A stretch of DNA of 64,000 nt from an uncultured Candidatus Entotheonella sp. (GTDB lineage Bacteria; Tectomicrobia; Entotheonellia; Entotheonellales; Entotheonellaceae), in the NCBI GenBank assembly GCA_965215335.1, contig CBDCDA010000001.1:416001-480000 (forward strand), written 5' to 3'. The notes below the pieces were generated by a model that had not been told where the DNA came from, searched no databases, and saw only the letters and a list, made by a program, of their open reading frames with translations. This document shows, piece by piece, positions 21,196 to 30,656 of the stretch; within the stretch, counting starts at the first letter, position 1; the number at the start of each line of letters is the position of its first letter. The position numbers were made by a program, and so were the translations under genes.

Positions 21196-22023
21196 ATGCC
21201 GAAAGTCGCCAGCGTCGCGGTGCTCCTGTTGTTGGCCGGCGGCGCCTTGGGCCAGCAACAGGTCCCGGTGGCTGACCTGGCCCATCCCTTGCGCCTTGAC
21301 CATCGCTGTGCGGAGTTGGGGCGGAGCTATGGCGCCTATCGTCAAGCCTATGCGTTCTTCGAGAGACGGGCGCCTGACGCGGGGGGTGCGGGGTTGGTGC
21401 TGGCCAAGGTTCTGGTCGGGTGGGTCGGCGGGCAGAGCGGCGCCAACGGCGTCGGCCTGGGCATTGAAAAGATGCGGCTGGAATTACCGCTCGCGTGGCG
21501 CGGCGATGCCTTCGGGCTGGCCTTGCAGCTGGTCGGCGTGACGACCCGACAGGTCATCACCGGCCCGCTGTCAAGCACGTTTTTTCACGCCATGCACGAC
21601 TCCTATCCGGTCGAGAAGACCTATCGAGTCCCTGCCTCAGGAGACGTCGACTGGGTGCAGTTCGCAGAACCCGAAGCGGGCTCGCGTGAACGCGAGCACA
21701 AGCATTCGCAACCCATCAATGTCTACGCCAAGGACGTTCCCGAAGTAACTGGCTTGCGAGGCAGCTACGCGCTCAATCTGATCGTGGAAAATGCGCGAAC
21801 GAGGTCCCGCCTGGTGCTCGCCGGCCCGGTTCTTGCCGATGTCGAATCCTGGCTGGGAATCGAGCGACCGGAGATGCGCACGTTGGGCCTGATTCAGACG
21901 TTGAACCCGTTTCAACGCGGTGGCGTATGGAATTGGTTCCGGCACGGCTGGCGGTATGGCGGCTGTATCGAGCTCAGAAGACAGGCGGAGCAGGCGTTCG
22001 ACGTTCGATTGTCGCGTCGCTGA
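21196..22023 (+). CDS. Hypothetical secreted protein
   Basis: AGGAGAGG RBS, signal-peptide-like N-terminus, 275 aa open frame. Confidence 0.6.
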   Translation: MPKVASVAVLLLLAGGALGQQQVPVADLAHPLRLDHRCAELGRSYGAYRQAYAFFERRAPDAGGAGLVLAKVLVGWVGGQSGANGVGLGIEKMRLELPLAWRGDAFGLALQLVGVTTRQVITGPLSSTFFHAMHDSYPVEKTYRVPASGDVDWVQFAEPEAGSREREHKHSQPINVYAKDVPEVTGLRGSYALNLIVENARTRSRLVLAGPVLADVESWLGIERPEMRTLGLIQTLNPFQRGGVWNWFRHGWRYGGCIELRRQAEQAFDVRLSRR

Positions 22024-22091
22024 CGACGTTGGCGAGGCAAGCCGGATGGCGTGCCGGCCTGTTCCCTCGCTGACGCCAAAGGAGAAGCAGG

Positions 22092-22685
22092 ATGTTCAGT
22101 GGCATCGTGGAAGAAACCGGCGCCATTACCCATCTCGACGTGCGTCCCGGTGGCGCCACCCTCACCGTGCGCGCCCAAGGCGTCCTGGACGATATCAACA
22201 TCGGCGATTCGATCGCCGTCAATGGCGCCTGCCTGACGGTGGTGCGCCACGATCAGACGGCCTTCACGGTCGAATTGGCCCTGGAAACACTCCGCAAAAC
22301 GGCGCTGGGACGGTTGCAAGATGGGGAGGACGTCAATCTGGAGCGGTCTCTGACGGCCAACGGTCGTATCGGCGGCCATTTTGTCCAGGGTCACGTCGAT
22401 GGCACGGGTGAGATCGTTGCCCTGCAAGCCGATGGGGAAGGGGTGCTGGCGACGTTCCGCGCCCCCGAAACCCTGCTGCCCTACATCGTCTCGAAAGGCT
22501 ACATCGCCATTGACGGCATGAGTCTTACCGTCGTCGATACCGGCCCGGAGTGGTTCACCATCGCGTTTGTCCCGCATACCCGTGCGGTCACCATCGTGCG
22601 TCACTACGTCCCGGGACGTCTGGTGAATCTCGAGGTCGACGTGCTGGGGAAGTATGTCGAGAGATTGTTGGCACACCGGGCTTGA
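22092..22685 (+). CDS. ribE: Riboflavin synthase alpha chain
   Basis: MFSGIVEE, GDSIAVNGACLTV, GGHFVQGHVDG, VNLEVD. Confidence 0.97.
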   Translation: MFSGIVEETGAITHLDVRPGGATLTVRAQGVLDDINIGDSIAVNGACLTVVRHDQTAFTVELALETLRKTALGRLQDGEDVNLERSLTANGRIGGHFVQGHVDGTGEIVALQADGEGVLATFRAPETLLPYIVSKGYIAIDGMSLTVVDTGPEWFTIAFVPHTRAVTIVRHYVPGRLVNLEVDVLGKYVERLLAHRA

Positions 22686-22708
22686 AGCCGAATGAAGGGG
22701 AGGGCGTC

Positions 22709-23866
22709 GTGACATGGGCTAAAGGTTTGTCGTGGTTTCCCCTGGTTGTCGTCGCGCTTCTGGCCGGCCCGCTTGCGGCCGGGGAGCCGACGCCTCTGAC
22801 CGCGGTTCTGCCCGCCGGCGAGGTCACCCCCATTGCCTGTCTGTCGCCGTACGGCGCGCGCCAGAACGTGCCGGATTGGCCGCGCGATGGCATCTTCCAT
22901 TACCGGCTCTACCTGCCGGTCGATTACCACGAGAACCCCGGACGCCAGTACCCGCTCATGTTCATTGCCTCGCCCGCCGGCGAGGCACGCATGGGCCGCA
23001 TGGCCGAGCGCCTTGCACGGGATCGCTGGGTGGTGGCGATGCTGGCCGAGTCGCGCAATCGCTCCGTGCTGTGGTATCCCAATTTCATAGCCACCTACAA
23101 CGATGTGCTGAAGCGCGTGCGCGTGCATCCGGAGATGCTGTTTTGCACGGGCTTTTCCGGCGGTGCGCGGGTATGCAGTCGCTACCCGGGCATTCGCCCC
23201 GGCTTTCAGGGTCTGATCCTGCAGGGAGCCGGCTATTCCGAGCGCGCCTGGGTACTGACGCGCAGCAATGCCCACGTCACGGTGTACGGCCTTTTTGGTG
23301 CCCGCGACCCGAATCGGCGCGAGGCGCATCGCATTCGCCGCGGTCTGCCGTTGCACACCCACAACCTGGTGGAAATCTGGGACGGCGGGCACGAATGGGC
23401 GCCGGCACCCGTATTTGAACGGGCGCTCGATTGGGTCGAGGACAAGGCCCTGCTGGAAGCCGGGTACGACGCCGGCCGTGCCGACGTGTATGCGTGGTAT
23501 TTCACGAACAAGCTGGCGCGCTTCGAGAGAGCGACGAGCGACGTCGAGCGCTACGTGCTGCGCCGCCTGCTGAAAACGCTCCTGGAGCGCTGGCATCTGG
23601 AGCTCGACGAGGCCACCCGCGAACGCTTTCAGGCCGTCGATACCGCGCTATGGGCGTTCTCGGAGGACGACGCGCTGCAGCGGGAAATCGCGGCGTACGA
23701 CGCCTTTGACAAGGTGCTGCGCGCCGACGAGGCGCAGCGGGTCGGCGATCTGTCGGAGATCATCCAGCAGTACGGAGAGATCGTCGACCGCTACCCCGAT
23801 ACCCAGTTCGGCCAGCGCGCCCTGCTCCGGCAGCAATCGGTGCGCTGGGAGACGGGCGCGCCTTAG
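22709..23866 (+). CDS. Secreted alpha/beta-hydrolase (esterase-like) with helical C-terminus
   Basis: LYLPVDY, GFSGGA nucleophile elbow, GARD, GGHEW. Confidence 0.75.
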   Translation: MTWAKGLSWFPLVVVALLAGPLAAGEPTPLTAVLPAGEVTPIACLSPYGARQNVPDWPRDGIFHYRLYLPVDYHENPGRQYPLMFIASPAGEARMGRMAERLARDRWVVAMLAESRNRSVLWYPNFIATYNDVLKRVRVHPEMLFCTGFSGGARVCSRYPGIRPGFQGLILQGAGYSERAWVLTRSNAHVTVYGLFGARDPNRREAHRIRRGLPLHTHNLVEIWDGGHEWAPAPVFERALDWVEDKALLEAGYDAGRADVYAWYFTNKLARFERATSDVERYVLRRLLKTLLERWHLELDEATRERFQAVDTALWAFSEDDALQREIAAYDAFDKVLRADEAQRVGDLSEIIQQYGEIVDRYPDTQFGQRALLRQQSVRWETGAP

Positions 23867-23975
23867 TTAGAAATGCCCATGACACCCGGCGCCCTCATTG
23901 CCAATCGGATACCGACTCTCCCCGCCGAAGTCCGTCATCTCGGGTACCGACTCAACCCAGAATGCCCTCGACCCG

Positions 23976-23984
23976 TGATACAAT
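23976..23984 (+). promoter_or_regulatory. Extended -10 element TGATACAAT
   Basis: TGnTAnAAT about 35 nt upstream of ATG 24019; an equivalent TGATACGCT lies at 43067 upstream of the paralog. Confidence 0.45.
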
Positions 23985-24018
23985 CCTTCAACTCCCACTG
24001 CCCTGGAGGCTATGTGCC

Positions 24019-24381
24019 ATGTGGAACTGGCTGAAGGACAACGGTGCCGGATTCATCGCTGTCGGAGCACTCCTCACCTTCCTGCATCTCTTCGTCGTCA
24101 CGCCTCTCCGCGACGAATCAAACCGGAACTTCGAAACGTTGAGACAAGAGATGAACCAGCGTTTCGAGGCTCAAGACAAGTACATCAACCAGCACTTCGA
24201 CGCGATAGACCAGCGCTTCGACGCGATAGACCAGCGCTTCGATGCTCAGGACAGACGCATCGAGGACCTCGCCAAGGACGTTGCGGACCTCCAAAAGCTC
24301 AGCGATCGCGTTTCCCGCAACGAAGGACAGATCGACATCATCGGGCAGCAGTTAAAAACCGCCGACGCACCCGCGCCCTGA
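24019..24381 (+). CDS. Small membrane-anchored coiled-coil protein (MWNWLKD family, copy 1)
   Basis: N-terminal TM and heptad QRFDAID repeats (21-bp tandem repeat ~24188-24250); paralog at 43110. Confidence 0.75.
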   Translation: MWNWLKDNGAGFIAVGALLTFLHLFVVTPLRDESNRNFETLRQEMNQRFEAQDKYINQHFDAIDQRFDAIDQRFDAQDRRIEDLAKDVADLQKLSDRVSRNEGQIDIIGQQLKTADAPAP

Positions 24382-24490
24382 ACCTGACCCTCGTCGGCGG
24401 CACCTTCCTCGATGACGACCTGCGCGAGAGCCAATCCGGCCTGCTCTGCCACGTCGAGCATGTCGAGACCGGGCAGCCGGTATCCCGGAA
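24382..24490 (+). pseudogene. Fragment resembling an Rpn/YhgA (Transposase_31) nuclease
   Basis: LTLVGGTFLDDDLRESQSGLLCHVEHVETGQP resembles the Rpn SF(I/L)DxxLRxxxSDLL segment. Confidence 0.5.
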
Positions 24491-24830
24491 CCATCCGAGC
24501 TGCGTCCCATCGTGCCGGTGGTGTTCTATCAGGGTCCGAGGGGCTGAGGCCATTCGAAAGAGTTCGCCGACCTGTTTCCCGAAGCCGTACGATCCTGGCC
24601 GTGGGGTTCACACACGAGCTGCTGGATCAGACGACCCTGGAGCCCGAAGCAGTTACGGGCGGTGTCAAGGGTCGTATCACCCAGTCGTTGATGATGGCTG
24701 CTCAACCGTCACGTGGAGGCGGCGCTGCGACTGACGGTGCGCCTGGTCCTGTCGCGGCGCGTCGGACTCCGGTTCGTGGTGCATCTCGGATTCGCGCCGC
24801 GTCATCCAACATCCCGCAGGAGAAAGCGTC

Positions 24831-25856
24831 ATGCGTCTACGAACCGCACTGCCGTGGGTTACGCTCATACTCGCAAGCCATTTGACCGCGGCCTGTCAGG
24901 CCGGGCAGGCCAGTTCGCCGCCGATGGTCAGCATCCCGGCGGGGGAGTTTCTGATGGGCAGCACGCCCGAGGAGCGGGAATACGGGTACCGGTTGGATGA
25001 GACTTTGCACGGCAGCACCGTGGCGCGTCGGCAGCGCTGGTTCGAGGTTGAAACCCGCCGCCGCCTGGACCTGCCCGCGTATCGCATCGACCGCAATCTG
25101 GTGACCAACGCCGACTACACGCAGTTCATCACCGCCACCGGGCATCGCGCGCCGTTCGTCAGCGAGCCGGTATGGCGTGGTTACCGGCTCGTCCACGGCT
25201 ACGCCACCGTCGGCAAATTCCTGTGGCGCGACGGGCGCCCGCCACCGGGCCGCGAGCAGCATCCCGTGGTGCTGGTCAGCCATGCCGATGCCGCCGCCTA
25301 TTGCGCCTGGCGCGGCGCGTGGCTGCCGAGCGAGGCGGAATGGGAAAAGGCGGCGCGCGGCACCGACGGGCGTTACTTTCCGTGGGGCGACACGTTCGAC
25401 GCCGAGCGGCTGAACAACGAGGATGGCGGACCATTCGACACGGTGCCGGTGGGCCAGTATCCGAACGGGCAGAGTCCTTACGGCGTGCTCGACATGGCCG
25501 GACAGGTGTTCGAGTGGACGGCGACGCTGTTCAGGAAGGAGCCGCCGAGGTACGTAGTGAAGGGCGGCTCGTGGGACGATTTCCCCGGCGTCACGCGGTC
25601 GGCGGCGCGGCACGGTCGCCCGGCGGAGTTGAAGCACATTTTGATTGGTTTTCGGTGCGCCGGGTCGCCTCAAGTCATCGAAAAAAGGGAGCAAACCCGT
25701 TTTCTTGCCTTTCAGTTCCCAACCATCGGCACCGGGATATGGCGCTCAAAGACAATGAACGACGACGTAGCTGTCTTCTCCAGCGCCGCCTCCAGGTGCG
25801 CCTTTCCAAGGCTGCCACGGTCTCTCTTCAGCACCGCCTCGAAAAACCGCTGGTAG
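24831..25856 (+). CDS. FGE-sulfatase (SUMF1) domain protein, probably exported
   Basis: IPAGEFLMGS, VTNADY, HPVVLVS, LPSEAEWEKAARG, DMAGQVFEW, IGFRC. Confidence 0.88.
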   Translation: MRLRTALPWVTLILASHLTAACQAGQASSPPMVSIPAGEFLMGSTPEEREYGYRLDETLHGSTVARRQRWFEVETRRRLDLPAYRIDRNLVTNADYTQFITATGHRAPFVSEPVWRGYRLVHGYATVGKFLWRDGRPPPGREQHPVVLVSHADAAAYCAWRGAWLPSEAEWEKAARGTDGRYFPWGDTFDAERLNNEDGGPFDTVPVGQYPNGQSPYGVLDMAGQVFEWTATLFRKEPPRYVVKGGSWDDFPGVTRSAARHGRPAELKHILIGFRCAGSPQVIEKREQTRFLAFQFPTIGTGIWRSKTMNDDVAVFSSAASRCAFPRLPRSLFSTASKNRW

Positions 25857-26959
25857 AAATGGTCGGGATGCACCACGATCCGCACCCGCAGCGCGGCCGC
25901 GGTTTCCGGCAGCGTCATCGTGTAGCCAAAATCCAGCGACGCCTTGGGTGCGATGCGTGTGTCATACACTTCCCGAGACAGGTTGAGGGCGATTTCGCGC
26001 CCGATGGTGGCTTCCTGAAAACTGTCGGCGATGACCTCGCCGGCGGCGTCCAGCAAGTGTCCCTGCACGAAAATCTTCGGCGTCACGTAAGTCGGCAGGT
26101 AATGCCCAGCACCGCTGTTCGTCACGGTAATCGTGGCTTGCAGGGTATTGCCCGGGCGGTAGGCGGGCGCCAGCGGCGAGACGCTGACCGTCATCGCCTG
26201 CCGCACCATGTCCGGATCCTGGATGCCGCGCCACAGGTGGCGGCGGTCCGGCATGTGGCAGCCCTGGCACTGCACCCCTTCTGCGGCATACGGGCTGGCC
26301 TGCCACTCGGCGAAGGTGTTTTCGAGCAGCTTGTCGTTGAGGGCGAAGCCCTTCTCGGGAAACTGGTGGCACGGCTTGCAGAACTCGGAGCGCTGGAACG
26401 CCGTCGTGGCCGTAAAGCCGCCGTGCGGCTGTACCACGTCGGCAGGTGGCGTCGGCAGTTCCGGCCGGCGGGGCGGTCCGAAGCGCTCGTGCTGCCGCAC
26501 GTGGCAACCGGCGCAGATCAGTCCCGCTTGCTGCAACGCCGGGTCGAACGCCTCGTTCGGGCGGTGTTCGGAGCCCTCTTTCAGGTGCGGAATCTGCTCG
26601 CTGAGCGGCGTGTGGCAGGTGGCGCAGACCGTGTAGGTGGCGGGATTGTCGCGCTCCATGTTGAGGAGCTGGCCGTACACCCCCGGCCCCATGCTGCGGC
26701 TGTGCAGGCTGGTTTTCCAGTCCTCGAACTGTTGGCGGTGGCAGAGCGCACATTCCTTGGGGTGCAGTGACGCCTCGATGGGCGAATAGGCGAGCGGCGG
26801 CTCGCCTTGGGGCGGCACGGGCAGGCGCCAGTGGCGTTTCAGAAAGGCGTCCACATCGTCGTCCGACTGCGCGCCAGCGCATTGTGGCCACCATAGCAGC
26901 GCCGCGGCCAGTGTGAGCACGGTCACTACCAGCCCGACCTTCCAGCGAACCAGCGGCAT
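25712..26959 (-). CDS. Pentaheme c-type cytochrome (c554-like)
   Basis: Signal peptide and five CxxCH motifs: CALCH, CATCH, CAGCH, CKPCH, CQGCH. Confidence 0.9.
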   Translation of the reverse strand: MPLVRWKVGLVVTVLTLAAALLWWPQCAGAQSDDDVDAFLKRHWRLPVPPQGEPPLAYSPIEASLHPKECALCHRQQFEDWKTSLHSRSMGPGVYGQLLNMERDNPATYTVCATCHTPLSEQIPHLKEGSEHRPNEAFDPALQQAGLICAGCHVRQHERFGPPRRPELPTPPADVVQPHGGFTATTAFQRSEFCKPCHQFPEKGFALNDKLLENTFAEWQASPYAAEGVQCQGCHMPDRRHLWRGIQDPDMVRQAMTVSVSPLAPAYRPGNTLQATITVTNSGAGHYLPTYVTPKIFVQGHLLDAAGEVIADSFQEATIGREIALNLSREVYDTRIAPKASLDFGYTMTLPETAAALRVRIVVHPDHFYQRFFEAVLKRDRGSLGKAHLEAALEKTATSSFIVFERHIPVPMVGN

Positions 26960-26989
26960 CCTGTCACCCCCCACTCTTTCGTTAGAACC

Positions 26990-27778
26990 TTACCGATGTT
27001 GAAAGCACGGCTCTCGTTTGCCGATGAACGCATCCACGCCCTCGCGCGCGTCCTCGGTCTGGAACACCTTGGCGAACAGGTCCGCCTCGATCTGCAGACC
27101 CTCGGCCAGGGGGGTGCCCAAGCCGCGATGCACCGCCTGCTGAATGTAACGCAGGGCCACGCCCGGTCGTTCCGTCAGGCGCTTGCCGATCTCCCTGGCG
27201 GCTGACAGCGCCTCGCCGGACGGCACCACGTGATTCGCCAGACCGATCCGGTGCGCCTCTTCGGCACCGATCGGGTCGCCCGTGAACATGAGCTCCTTGG
27301 CGATACCGGCGCCGACCAGACGCGGCAGCCGCTGCGTGCCGCCGGCTCCTGGCAGCAGGCCCAGCTTGATTTCCGGCTGCCCCATCTGCGCGTTTGCCGC
27401 CACGATACGCAGGTCGCAGGCCATGCTCACTTCCATGCCGCCGCCCAGCGCCAGGCCATTGACGGCCGCCAGCGTCGGCTTGCCCAGGTTCTCGATGGCG
27501 CCCAGACTGGCATGCAGTCGCCGGGCCAGCTTCTCGGCCCGACCCGGCGTCAGCAGGCCAGGAAATTCCCTGATGTCGAAGCCGGCGCAAAAGGCCCGTT
27601 CACCCGCGCCGGTGATGATTGCCACCAACACCTCCGGGGCGTCGGCCAACCCGGTGAAGCACGCGGCCAACTCCTCCACCATTTGCGGGTGCAGAACGTT
27701 CAGAGGAGGGTTGGTCAGCGAAACGATGGCGAGCGGGCCTTCCTTGCTCAGGCGAATCATTTGCCAATCGGCAGCCAT
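26990..27778 (-). CDS. Enoyl-CoA hydratase/isomerase
   Basis: FCAGFDI, GLALGGGME, PEIKLGLLPGAGGTQRLPR. Confidence 0.93.
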   Translation of the reverse strand: MAADWQMIRLSKEGPLAIVSLTNPPLNVLHPQMVEELAACFTGLADAPEVLVAIITGAGERAFCAGFDIREFPGLLTPGRAEKLARRLHASLGAIENLGKPTLAAVNGLALGGGMEVSMACDLRIVAANAQMGQPEIKLGLLPGAGGTQRLPRLVGAGIAKELMFTGDPIGAEEAHRIGLANHVVPSGEALSAAREIGKRLTERPGVALRYIQQAVHRGLGTPLAEGLQIEADLFAKVFQTEDAREGVDAFIGKREPCFQHR

Positions 27779-27801
27779 GTGGGTCTCCTGTCCGGGCGCT
27801 A

Positions 27802-28452
27802 TCAGGTGGTCTGATCGCGCAGGTAGCGGGTGAGGTCCTCGATATTTTGTTTGACCGACGGCATGTTGGGGTTGACGGCGATGGCGCGCTTGAAGAATTC
27901 CAGGGCCCTGACCGGATTGCGCAGCCCCAGGTAGACCAGGCCCGAGCCGCTGAGTGCCCCGAAGTGGATCGGGTTGAGCGCCAGCGTCTTGTCGCAGTCC
28001 TCCAGCGACTCTTCGTATCTCTCCTGCATGTAGTAGACGGTGGCGCGCTTGTTGTAACCCTCGGCGAAGTCCGGGGCCATGGCGATGACCTCCGAGAAGA
28101 TGTTCACGGCCTCGGCGAGGGCGCGCCGGTTCATGGCGTCGATGCCCGCCTGCAGGCGCCGGTCCACCTCGTCGTTGCCGGAGCGGTGCCACACCTGCCA
28201 CAGCGCCTGCGCCGACGTTTCGCGCACCATGCGGTCGGCGTCGTGCAGCGCCTTGGCCAGGGGCTGGGTGGCCCGCTGGTCGCCGATGCGCGCCAGGGTC
28301 AAGACGGCCTGCCGGCGTTCGGGCGTCTTGCCCTGCTCCAGCATGGCGATGGCCTCGCTGACCGGCTCGGCGGCGCCGTTGCGCGACAGCATTACCATGA
28401 GCGCCAGCCCGGCCGTCATCATCAACAGATTGGTGGGGGCGGAAACGATCAT
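27802..28452 (-). CDS. HEAT + TPR repeat protein
   Basis: ALHDADRMVR HEAT-like segment; PDFAEGYNKRAT and NPIHFGALSG TPRs. Confidence 0.85.
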   Translation of the reverse strand: MIVSAPTNLLMMTAGLALMVMLSRNGAAEPVSEAIAMLEQGKTPERRQAVLTLARIGDQRATQPLAKALHDADRMVRETSAQALWQVWHRSGNDEVDRRLQAGIDAMNRRALAEAVNIFSEVIAMAPDFAEGYNKRATVYYMQERYEESLEDCDKTLALNPIHFGALSGSGLVYLGLRNPVRALEFFKRAIAVNPNMPSVKQNIEDLTRYLRDQTT

Positions 28453-28484
28453 CGTCTATCTCCTCCATGATCCCACGGGTTGAC

Positions 28485-29405
28485 TCAATCGCCGGCCAGC
28501 GACAGGCCCGTGGCCAGCCGGCAGGCGGCACGCACCGTTTGGCAGTGCGCCTCAACAATCGCCTCGACCTGCGGCGCGTAACCGCCGCCCAGGGTGATGA
28601 CCAGCGGCACGTCGGCGTTACGAAACGTGGACAAGACGCGGCTATCGCGCCGGCGCAGGCCGTCAAGCGACAGCGACAGCCGCCCGAGCCGGTCGCCCTC
28701 GTATGGATCGACGCCTGCCAGATACCACACCATCTGCGGGCGAAATTCGCGCTGCACGGTCTGCAGGGCGGCGTCCAGGGCGTTCAGATACGCGGCGTCG
28801 CCGGTGCCGTCGAGCAGCGCCACGTCCAGGTCGCTCGGCGGCTTGTCGAACGGGTAATTCTTCTCGCCGTGCAGCGAACACGTGTAAACGCCGGGGTCGT
28901 CCGCAAAGATCGTTGCGGTGCCGTTGCCCTGATGCACGTCGCAATCGACCACCGCAGCGCGTCGCAAGCCATGATCGCGTTGCAGCACTCGGATGGCCAC
29001 GGCGACGTCGTTGAACACCGAAAACCCCTCGCCGTGGTCGGCAAATGCGTGGTGCGAACCGCCCGCCAGATTGGCCGCCAAGCCGTCGCGCCACGCCAGA
29101 CGGCTGGCCGTGATCGTCCCGTGCACCGCCAGCCGCGCGCGCCGGGCCAGCGCTGCCGACCACGGAAAGCCCAGTGTTCGCATTTCCTTGGCCGTCATAT
29201 CGCCGGTCAGAAACCGCGTGACATAGTCGCTCGTGTGCACCAGCAGAAGGAATCCCGTCGCCACCGGTCGGGGCGCCACCACCCACTCTGCCGCCAGGGT
29301 ACCCTCGGCGAGCAGGCGCTCGTACACCAAGCCGTATTTCTGCATGGGAAAACGGTGTCCGGCACCGATGTCCACGACGTAATCCGGGTGGTAAGCAACG
29401 AACAT
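28485..29405 (-). CDS. Histone deacetylase family protein
   Basis: HRFPMQKY, GGSHHA, GFSVFND, DCDVHQGNGT, GGGY. Confidence 0.95.
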   Translation of the reverse strand: MFVAYHPDYVVDIGAGHRFPMQKYGLVYERLLAEGTLAAEWVVAPRPVATGFLLLVHTSDYVTRFLTGDMTAKEMRTLGFPWSAALARRARLAVHGTITASRLAWRDGLAANLAGGSHHAFADHGEGFSVFNDVAVAIRVLQRDHGLRRAAVVDCDVHQGNGTATIFADDPGVYTCSLHGEKNYPFDKPPSDLDVALLDGTGDAAYLNALDAALQTVQREFRPQMVWYLAGVDPYEGDRLGRLSLSLDGLRRRDSRVLSTFRNADVPLVITLGGGYAPQVEAIVEAHCQTVRAACRLATGLSLAGD

Positions 29406-29421
29406 TACGGCCCTCGTGTGC

Positions 29422-30597
29422 CTAAAAAGCGTCCAGCCCAGTCAGCGCGCGACCCAGGACCAGGGTGTGAATCTCGTCGGTGCCCTCGTAGGTGTACACC
29501 GATTCGAGGTTGAGCAGGTGGCGGATGGGCGCGTGCTCCAGCGAGATACCGCTGGCGCCGTGGATCGAACGCGCCTTGCGGGCGATGGCCAGCGCCTGCC
29601 GCACGTTGTTCTTCTTGGCCAGGCTGACCTGGTACGGCGTCAGCCGGTCTCTGTCCTTGAGGCGGGCGAAGTGGACATTCATCAACTGGCCTTTGGCGAT
29701 CTCCACGGCCATGTCGACCAAGTGCTCCTGGATCAATTGTTTACTGCCGATCGGCACGCCAAATTGCACCCGGCTGCGGCTATACGCCAAGGCTGAATCG
29801 AAACACGCCCGTGCTGCCCCCATGACACCCCAGGCGACCCCGAAGCGCGCCTGGTCGAGGCACGCCAGCGGCGACCCCAGGCCGCGCGATTCGGGCAGGA
29901 TGTTGTCCTTGGGAATGCGGCAGTCCGACAGCACGATTTCGCCGGTATGCGAGGCGCGCATGGACATTTTGCGCAGGATGGCGGGGGTGTCGAAGCCGGG
30001 GGTGCCGCGTTCCACCAGAAAGCCGCGCACCGTCTGCCGGTCGTCCGCCGCCAGTCTGGCCCATACGACCGCCACGTCGCACGCTGGCGAGTTGGTGATC
30101 CACATCTTGCTGCCGTTGAGCACGTATGCGTCGCCGTCCGGTCGAGCCGTGGCGCGCATGGCGCCGGGGTCGGAGCCGGAGTCGGGTTCCGTGAGCCCGA
30201 AACAGCCGATGGCCTCGCCCCTGGCCATGCGCGGCAGCCAGTGCTGCCGCTGCGCCTCGGAACCGAAGCGGTAGATGGCGTACATGGCCAGCGAGCCCTG
30301 CACCGACACGAAGCTGCGCAGGCCGCTGTCGCCGTACTCCAGTTCCTGCAGGATGAGGCCGTAGGTGACCGCGTTGACCCCGGCGCAGCCGTAGCCCTTG
30401 ATGCTGGCACCGAGCAGGCCGAGGCCGGCGACCTCAGGCACCAGGTGGTCCGGAAAGGTGTGCGCTTCGAAATGCTCACCGACGATCGGCAGGTACGTTT
30501 CCGCCACGAACTGCCGAACCGTGTCGCGCGTCAGGCGTTCGTCGTCGGTCAGCATCGAGTCGATGTCGGTGAGTTTGTCCAGGACAACAGGCTGCAT
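29422..30597 (-). CDS. Acyl-CoA dehydrogenase (glutaryl-CoA dehydrogenase-like)
   Basis: DSGLRSFVSVQGSL, FGLTEPDSGSDP, NLESVYTYEGT. Confidence 0.92.
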   Translation of the reverse strand: MQPVVLDKLTDIDSMLTDDERLTRDTVRQFVAETYLPIVGEHFEAHTFPDHLVPEVAGLGLLGASIKGYGCAGVNAVTYGLILQELEYGDSGLRSFVSVQGSLAMYAIYRFGSEAQRQHWLPRMARGEAIGCFGLTEPDSGSDPGAMRATARPDGDAYVLNGSKMWITNSPACDVAVVWARLAADDRQTVRGFLVERGTPGFDTPAILRKMSMRASHTGEIVLSDCRIPKDNILPESRGLGSPLACLDQARFGVAWGVMGAARACFDSALAYSRSRVQFGVPIGSKQLIQEHLVDMAVEIAKGQLMNVHFARLKDRDRLTPYQVSLAKKNNVRQALAIARKARSIHGASGISLEHAPIRHLLNLESVYTYEGTDEIHTLVLGRALTGLDAF

Positions 30598-30622
30598 GCC
30601 GTCTCCTCGGGCGCCGTGGCAA

Positions 30623-30655
30623 GGGAGGCGGGCAGGATGCCCGCGCTCCCAAGGG
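30623..30655. repeat. REP-like palindrome GCGGGCAGGATGCCCGC
   Basis: Intergenic hairpin of the GGGAGCGCGGGCATCCTGCCCGC type. Confidence 0.6.
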
Positions 30656-30656
30656 A

